From the NCBI GenBank assembly GCA_035691845.1, contig DASSIN010000161.1:1-58306 (forward strand): a stretch of 58,306 bases of DNA, written 5' to 3'. Source of the DNA: Candidatus Eiseniibacteriota bacterium (lineage in GTDB: Bacteria; Eisenbacteria; RBG-16-71-46). The notes under the pieces are model-generated. The model was given only the letters and a program-made list of their open reading frames with translations, did not search any database and was not told the DNA's origin. Position numbers and translations under genes: made by a program. How positions within the stretch are numbered: the first letter of the stretch is position 1; the number at the start of each line of letters is the position of its first letter. This document shows, one piece after another, positions 53,160 to 58,306 of this stretch.

Positions 53160-55700
53160 ATGCCGCAGCCCTCCGGCCCATCACCCCGCCGGCTGGCACG
53201 GACGCTCGCGCTGACGACCGCCTGGGCGGCGTTGGCGCTGGCCGTGCGTGTCGCCCCGACCTCCGCGCAGGTGATCCGCGACGACCTGTGGGTCACGAAC
53301 GGCCCGGTGTACACGGAGCTGATCTCGGGCAGCACGCTCTATCTGGGCGGCCGCTTCGAGCGCGTGGGTCCGCCGATCGGGGGATGGGCGCCGCTCGATC
53401 CCTCGGGCACGCCGATTCCGCCCGCGCCGCAGCTCTCCGGCACCGTGTACTGCACGGTCCCAGACGGCGAAGGCGGCTGGTACGTGGGCGGCTCGTTCGA
53501 CGCCGTGGGCAAGCAGCCGCGCACCCATCTCGCGCGCTTCGACCAGAACGGCCACCTCACCTCATGGGCGCCGAACGTGAACGGGCCGGTGTACGCCATG
53601 TACCTGTTCGCGGGCGTGCTGTACGTGGGTGGCTCGTTCACCAGTGCCGGCGGCCTGGCGCGCACGTGCCTCGCCGCGCTCGACACGCTGACCGGCGGCG
53701 CGCACCCATGGAATCCGGGCGCCGACGGCGAGGTGCACGCCATCTGCCCGTTCGGCTCGTCCATGTTCGTGGGCGGCCAGTTCTTTCATCTGGGCGGTCT
53801 CGCGCGCGGGCGCATCGCCGCGGTCGATACCGCCGGCGTGGTGTGGCCGACCTGGGATCCGGAGGCGAACGGGCAGGTGCTGACGATCGGCGTGCGCCAC
53901 ACGCTCGTCCCCAACACGGTCACGGTGTACGCGGGCGGCGACTACAGCGCGATCGGCGGCCAGGCGCGCAACAGTCTCGCCGCCATCGACGCCACCAGCG
54001 GGTCCGCCACCTTCGGCCAGGCGACGGCGTTCAATCCCAACGCCAACAATGCGGTGCGCACGATGATCATCGTCGGGACGCTGTCGCCCACGATCTACGT
54101 GGGTGGCGACTTCACCGCGATCGGCGGCGTGGGCCGCAACGCGCTGGCGGCGCTGAACGGCTCGGGCGCGGCCACGGCGTGGAATCCGGGCATCACCAAC
54201 GGCGGTGGACGCCTCGTGTCCCCGTCGGTGTTCGCGCTGGCGTTGAGCGGGACCACCATGTACGTCGGCGGCAGCTTCGACTTCATCAACGGGCAGCCGC
54301 GCTTCGACGCCGGCGCCCTGGACACGGGCACGGGCGCGGTGTCGGCGTGGAATCCCGACCCCGCGGGACGCGTCAACGCCATCGGCCTCGGGATGTTTTC
54401 AGAGTACCTGGGCGGCGAGTTCGCGAGCCTGGGCGGCGTGGTGCGGCACAACGTCGCGGCGCTCGACCTCGTCACCGGCGAGGCGAACGGATGGGATCCC
54501 AACAGCGATGGCGAGGTGGACGCGCTGCAGGTCGTGAACGGGCTGATCTACGCCGGCGGTCAGTTCGCGAACATCGGTGGCGGGGCGCACGCCTACGTCG
54601 CGCAGCTCGACGCCACGACCGGCGTGGCCGGGGGATGGAACCCGAATGCCAATGGCGGCGTCACCTCGATTGGCGGGCGCACGGCCATGAGTCGCAGCAC
54701 GATCTTCATGGGCGGCGCGTTCACGAACGTGAACGGAGTGACGCGCCATCATCTGGCGGCGTGGCTCATGGACCCGATCTCGCCCGGCGTGACGAGCTGG
54801 AATCCCGCGCCCGACAGCACGGTCAACGCACTCACCGTATCCGGCAGCACGGTGTTCGTGGGCGGCGCGTTTCACAACGTCGGGGGGGCGGGGCGCAACT
54901 TCGTGGCCGCGCTGGACCTCACCGGCGCCGCGACGGCGTGGAACGGTGCCATCGCAGACGGCGCGGTGACGGCGCTGGCCGCCACCGGCACGCGGGTGTA
55001 CGCGGGCGGGGCGTTCACGCAGGCGGCCGGCGCCCTGCATCGCGGCATCGTAGCAATGGACCAGGGCACCGGCGCCACGCAGTCCTGGCCGGCGCAGGTG
55101 TTCGGGCAGGTGTACGCGATCGCGCCCACGGCAGCCGCGATCTATGCCGCCGGAACCTTCACCAACGTCGGCGGCTCCACGCGCACGAACCTCGCGGCGC
55201 TCGATCCCACCTCCGGCGCGCCGAGCGCGTGGGATCCGGAGCCATGGAACCCGATCCAGTTCCCGGCGGCGCTCCTGCCCAGGTTCGGGATCGCGCTGGC
55301 CGAGCAATCCGGGCGCGTCTACGCCGCCGGCGACTTCGGCACCATCCTCGACACTCCGCACGCGCGCGTGGCCGGCATCTTCGAGAGCACGGCCGCGGTC
55401 GATCCGGGAACGCCGGCGATGACGCACGTGCCCGCGATCGAGGCCGAGCCGAACCCGTTCCGCGCCGGCGTGATGCTCGGGTTCGCGCCTCCGCGCGCGG
55501 TCGAGGTCGCGGTGCGCATCTACGACCTCTCGGGCCGCATCGTGCGCACGCTCACCGGCGCGCAGGCGGCGGCCGGCATGCAGCACGTGCGCTGGGACGG
55601 CCGCGACCAATCAGGCCGGCTCGTCCCGCCCGGCGTATACGTGGTGCGCGCGCGCGCGGACGGCTGGCAGGCGAGCGGCCGGCTGCTGCGCATCCGCTGA
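53160..55700 (+). CDS. Secreted ~14-repeat beta-propeller protein with FlgD/T9SS-like CTD
   Basis: AGGAG RBS, signal peptide; repeats WNPxxNGxVxAL...LYVGGxFTxIGGxxRxxLAALD; CTD EPNPFR...IYDLSGRIVRTL...WDGRDQSG...GVY. Confidence 0.92.
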   Translation: MPQPSGPSPRRLARTLALTTAWAALALAVRVAPTSAQVIRDDLWVTNGPVYTELISGSTLYLGGRFERVGPPIGGWAPLDPSGTPIPPAPQLSGTVYCTVPDGEGGWYVGGSFDAVGKQPRTHLARFDQNGHLTSWAPNVNGPVYAMYLFAGVLYVGGSFTSAGGLARTCLAALDTLTGGAHPWNPGADGEVHAICPFGSSMFVGGQFFHLGGLARGRIAAVDTAGVVWPTWDPEANGQVLTIGVRHTLVPNTVTVYAGGDYSAIGGQARNSLAAIDATSGSATFGQATAFNPNANNAVRTMIIVGTLSPTIYVGGDFTAIGGVGRNALAALNGSGAATAWNPGITNGGGRLVSPSVFALALSGTTMYVGGSFDFINGQPRFDAGALDTGTGAVSAWNPDPAGRVNAIGLGMFSEYLGGEFASLGGVVRHNVAALDLVTGEANGWDPNSDGEVDALQVVNGLIYAGGQFANIGGGAHAYVAQLDATTGVAGGWNPNANGGVTSIGGRTAMSRSTIFMGGAFTNVNGVTRHHLAAWLMDPISPGVTSWNPAPDSTVNALTVSGSTVFVGGAFHNVGGAGRNFVAALDLTGAATAWNGAIADGAVTALAATGTRVYAGGAFTQAAGALHRGIVAMDQGTGATQSWPAQVFGQVYAIAPTAAAIYAAGTFTNVGGSTRTNLAALDPTSGAPSAWDPEPWNPIQFPAALLPRFGIALAEQSGRVYAAGDFGTILDTPHARVAGIFESTAAVDPGTPAMTHVPAIEAEPNPFRAGVMLGFAPPRAVEVAVRIYDLSGRIVRTLTGAQAAAGMQHVRWDGRDQSGRLVPPGVYVVRARADGWQASGRLLRIR

Positions 55701-55820
55701 TCGCGACAACGCGGCACGTGGAGCCGACGTGAACTGTTCCACGCGGTGGGTGCCGACGTCGCTGCTGCGGTAGGATGGGCGATCACGAACGCCACTCACG
55801 TCCCACCCCAGGAGCGCGCG

Positions 55821-56249
55821 ATGCCCGCACAGGATGCAGTCCGCAACGCCTCGAAGTCGTTCTACGCTGCGCTCAACAGCATGGCGAAGGGTGACGCCGC
55901 CCCGATGCTGGCCGTCTGGTCGCACAGCCCCGACGTCACGACCATGCACCCGATCGGCGGCCGCGAGGCGGGGTGGAACAAGGTGCAGGGCCCGTGGAAG
56001 CAGGTCGCCAGCCTGTGCAGCGGCGGCAAGATCACGCTGCGCGGCCAGCGCATCCACGTCGCCGGCAGCGCGGCATTCGAGACGGGCGTCGAGAAGGGCC
56101 AGATCACGATGGCCGGCAGGAAGGTGAGCTTCGAGCACCGTGTCACGAACGTCTACAGACGCGACGGCCGGACCTGGAAGATCGTCCATCATCACACGGA
56201 CCTCTCGCCGGACATGATCGACGTCGTGAGGAAGCTGCAGGCGAAGTAG
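55821..56249 (+). CDS. NTF2/SnoaL-like (DUF4440-type) protein
   Basis: AGGAG RBS; FYAALN, HPIGG...GW, RVTNVYRRDGRTWKIVHHH. Confidence 0.85.
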   Translation: MPAQDAVRNASKSFYAALNSMAKGDAAPMLAVWSHSPDVTTMHPIGGREAGWNKVQGPWKQVASLCSGGKITLRGQRIHVAGSAAFETGVEKGQITMAGRKVSFEHRVTNVYRRDGRTWKIVHHHTDLSPDMIDVVRKLQAK

Positions 56250-56318
56250 CCACGACATTGGCCTCGATCTGGTAGGGGGTCGTCACCCGACCCTTCGGGC
56301 CGAGGTGCTTCGTTGCCA

Positions 56319-57110
56319 TCACGCGGGCGTGGACCTGTGGCTGAGCCGCAGCGATTCCCAGCTGCCGTCGGCGGTCCAGCCACCGTCCACCGCGAGCGTG
56401 GCGCCGTTGACGAATGCGCTCCGCGCGTCATCGGCCAGGAACAGGATCGCGTTCGCGACGTCGTCGGCGGTGGCGAACCGACCCATCGGAACGCGGCCGA
56501 TGATGTCGCGATCGGTGTAGTGGCCGCCCGACTGCGAGGCCACGTCCATCTCGGTCTTGACCCAGCCCGGGCACACCGCGTTGACGCGGACGCCACGCCC
56601 GCCCCATTCGGCGGCGAGCGTGCGCGTGAGGCCGATCAGGCCGTGCTTGGAGGCGTTGTACGCCACGCGATCCGTGACGCCCATGAGCCCGGCGACCGAG
56701 GCCACGTTGACGACGCTGCCGCGCCCCGCTTCGAGCATTCGCGCGCCGAACGCCTTCGCCAGCAGGAACGGGGCGACGAGGTTCACGTCGAGCACGCGTC
56801 GATAGTCCGCTGCCGAGGTGCGCTCCGCCGGCGAGATGAACGCGATGCCGGCGTTGTTCACGAGCACGTCGGCCACGCCGAAACGGTCGTGGGTGTCCCG
56901 CGCGAACGCTTCGACGACGCGATCGTCGGTGATGTCGCCAACGCGCGCGATGCTCTCGACGCCGAGCGCGTGCAGCGCCGCGAGCGTGTCTTCGGGTTCG
57001 CGCACATCGACGAGCGCCAGCGAAAAGCCGGCCCGACCGAATGCCTCGGCGGTGCGGCGCCCGATCCCCTGGGCGGCGCCCGTGATCACGGCGCATCTCG
57101 GTGTCGCCAT
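56319..57110 (-). CDS. Short-chain dehydrogenase/reductase (SDR); start 57110 or 57122
   Basis: ITGAAQGIG, LVNNAG, VNVAS, YNASK, VRVNAVCPG, VNGATLAVDGG. Confidence 0.93.
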   Translation of the reverse strand: MATPRCAVITGAAQGIGRRTAEAFGRAGFSLALVDVREPEDTLAALHALGVESIARVGDITDDRVVEAFARDTHDRFGVADVLVNNAGIAFISPAERTSAADYRRVLDVNLVAPFLLAKAFGARMLEAGRGSVVNVASVAGLMGVTDRVAYNASKHGLIGLTRTLAAEWGGRGVRVNAVCPGWVKTEMDVASQSGGHYTDRDIIGRVPMGRFATADDVANAILFLADDARSAFVNGATLAVDGGWTADGSWESLRLSHRSTPA

Positions 57111-57251
57111 GGTGAGGCTCATATCATCTTCGCGGGTTCGCGTACAGGACGGTCGGGGCGAGCGGCATCGAAACCTGTTCGGCCGCACGCGCGTATGGCC
57201 TGTGTCGGCCCGTCGGGCCCGATCATGGAGGGAGCTCTTCCGGAGGCGCTC

Positions 57252-57929
57252 ATGACCCGCAGGACCAACGAACGGCTGGCAGGCGTCGCGTTCCTCGTCT
57301 ACATCGCGCTCGGCATCGGGGCGATGATGCTGTCGGGGCGGGCGGGCCGCGGTGAAGGGATCGCCGCGCAGCTCGCGAGCTTCGCCCGGCACGCGGCCGA
57401 TGTGCGCGCGGCCGCGGTGCTCAACCTGCTCAGCGCCTTCGCCGCCCTGGTGCTCGGGGTGACGCTGTACGCCATCACGCGCGACGAGGACCACGACCTC
57501 GCCATGCTGGGGTTCACGTTCCGCGTGGGCGAGGGGGTGCTCGGTGGGCTTTCGATCCAGAGGTCGCTCGGCCTCCTGTGGCTTTCGAACGCCGGCCGCG
57601 ATGCGCTCGACCCTCGCGCCATGCAGGCCCTCGCGGCATTCCAGTTCCACGGGCAGGCGGGCGGGATCGGCGCTGCCTTTTTCGCGGCCGGAAGCCTGAT
57701 CTTCTCCTGGCTGTTGCTGCGGGGCCGGATGATCCCAACGGCGCTGGCGGGACTGGGCGTGCTCGCGTCGGCGCTGTGGGTGATCGCAGTTCCGCTGCAG
57801 GTGGTCGGTCTGCTGCGCGGAACGGTCCTTCAGCTCCTGTACGCCCCCATGGCGGTGTTCGAGGTCCCGCTCGCGCTATGGCTGCTGGTGCGCGGGACCA
57901 AGGCTCCGGAGCGGTCGTTGCAGGTGTAA
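57252..57929 (+). CDS. DUF4386-like integral membrane protein
   Basis: GGAGG RBS; [50 protein letters not shown]; 6-7 TM. Confidence 0.75.
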   Translation: MTRRTNERLAGVAFLVYIALGIGAMMLSGRAGRGEGIAAQLASFARHAADVRAAAVLNLLSAFAALVLGVTLYAITRDEDHDLAMLGFTFRVGEGVLGGLSIQRSLGLLWLSNAGRDALDPRAMQALAAFQFHGQAGGIGAAFFAAGSLIFSWLLLRGRMIPTALAGLGVLASALWVIAVPLQVVGLLRGTVLQLLYAPMAVFEVPLALWLLVRGTKAPERSLQV

Positions 57930-58304
57930 CGGCCAGGGCCCGCGGTAGGAATCCGCCACCACCCAGGCCGCGGCGGTCAACGCGCAGGAGTCGATGAATT
58001 CGTTCCAATCCGAAGCGTTGGCGCCCACCGCGATGACGGGGATCCACACCAGCAGCGTGAACAGGGTGAGCTCCAGCGCCGAGAGCACAGCCGCCAGCCG
58101 CGCCAAAACGCCGATCGCAATCGCGACGCCCGCCGCAACCAGAGCGCTGCCGGTGAAGTACGCCCAGCCCAGGTGCCACGGCAGCCAACCGGGCACCATC
58201 CCGACCGTCCGTTGCAGAAAGGTGAAGTGCGCGATGCCGAATGGAATCAGACCGAGGCCATAGAGCAGCCGCGCGACGCGCAGGCCGCGCTCGCCGGTGA
58301 GGAA
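57876..58304 (-). CDS. DoxX-like membrane protein (5'-truncated by window edge)
   Basis: Frame open to the window end: [48 protein letters not shown]. Confidence 0.75.
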   Translation of the reverse strand, partial: FLTGERGLRVARLLYGLGLIPFGIAHFTFLQRTVGMVPGWLPWHLGWAYFTGSALVAAGVAIAIGVLARLAAVLSALELTLFTLLVWIPVIAVGANASDWNEFIDSCALTAAAWVVADSYRGPWPLHLQRPLRSLGPAHQQP

Positions 58305-58306
58305 TC

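Noticed and set aside
174-58263. Many other long ORFs or long N-terminal extensions (e.g. 3757..5769, 9320..11542, 9364..11601, 17400..21083, 25831..27243, 31041..33599, 31150..34104, 50086..51066)
   Set aside because: Alternative-frame or antisense shadows of recognisable genes; true starts were reassigned using RBS, signal peptides and family N-termini.
1-58306. Prophage, IS element, integron, tRNA/rRNA or anti-phage defence locus
   Set aside because: No integrase, transposase or phage structural motifs, no terminal inverted repeats, no cloverleaf or rRNA signatures, and no recognisable defence domains were seen.

Overview
Very GC-rich bacterial chromosomal segment with about 45 credible genes. 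I found no rRNA, tRNA, CRISPR array, integrase or transposase. Housekeeping and metabolic genes (sseA-like, fabI, udgB, thrH, Lrp plus lat, HI0933 flavoprotein, ABC exporter) are mixed with a dense set of secreted proteins. Nine of these end in a FlgD/T9SS-type-A-like C-terminal Ig domain (CTD), one ends in a short 'SWGQIKSLYR' terminal motif, and a PorV-family outer-membrane protein is also encoded. This repertoire suggests an FCB-related candidate lineage such as Ca. Eisenbacteria (inference only). Highlights: (1) a lipoprotein that is a circularly permuted cupredoxin with a non-canonical copper-site loop, convergent with a dihaem cytochrome c-TPR gene; (2) a cobalamin riboswitch with its terminator controlling a BtuB-like receptor plus a BtuG-like beta-propeller that carries a secretion CTD instead of a lipid anchor; (3) an apparent T9SS-like export system with long and short CTD classes and a possible further short sorting motif; (4) a Ser/Thr kinase-ECF sigma pair embedded among CTD-bearing repeat proteins. 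Many long ORFs in the supplied track are GC-driven shadow frames and were discarded. All family assignments come from motif recognition by eye; no database searches were run.
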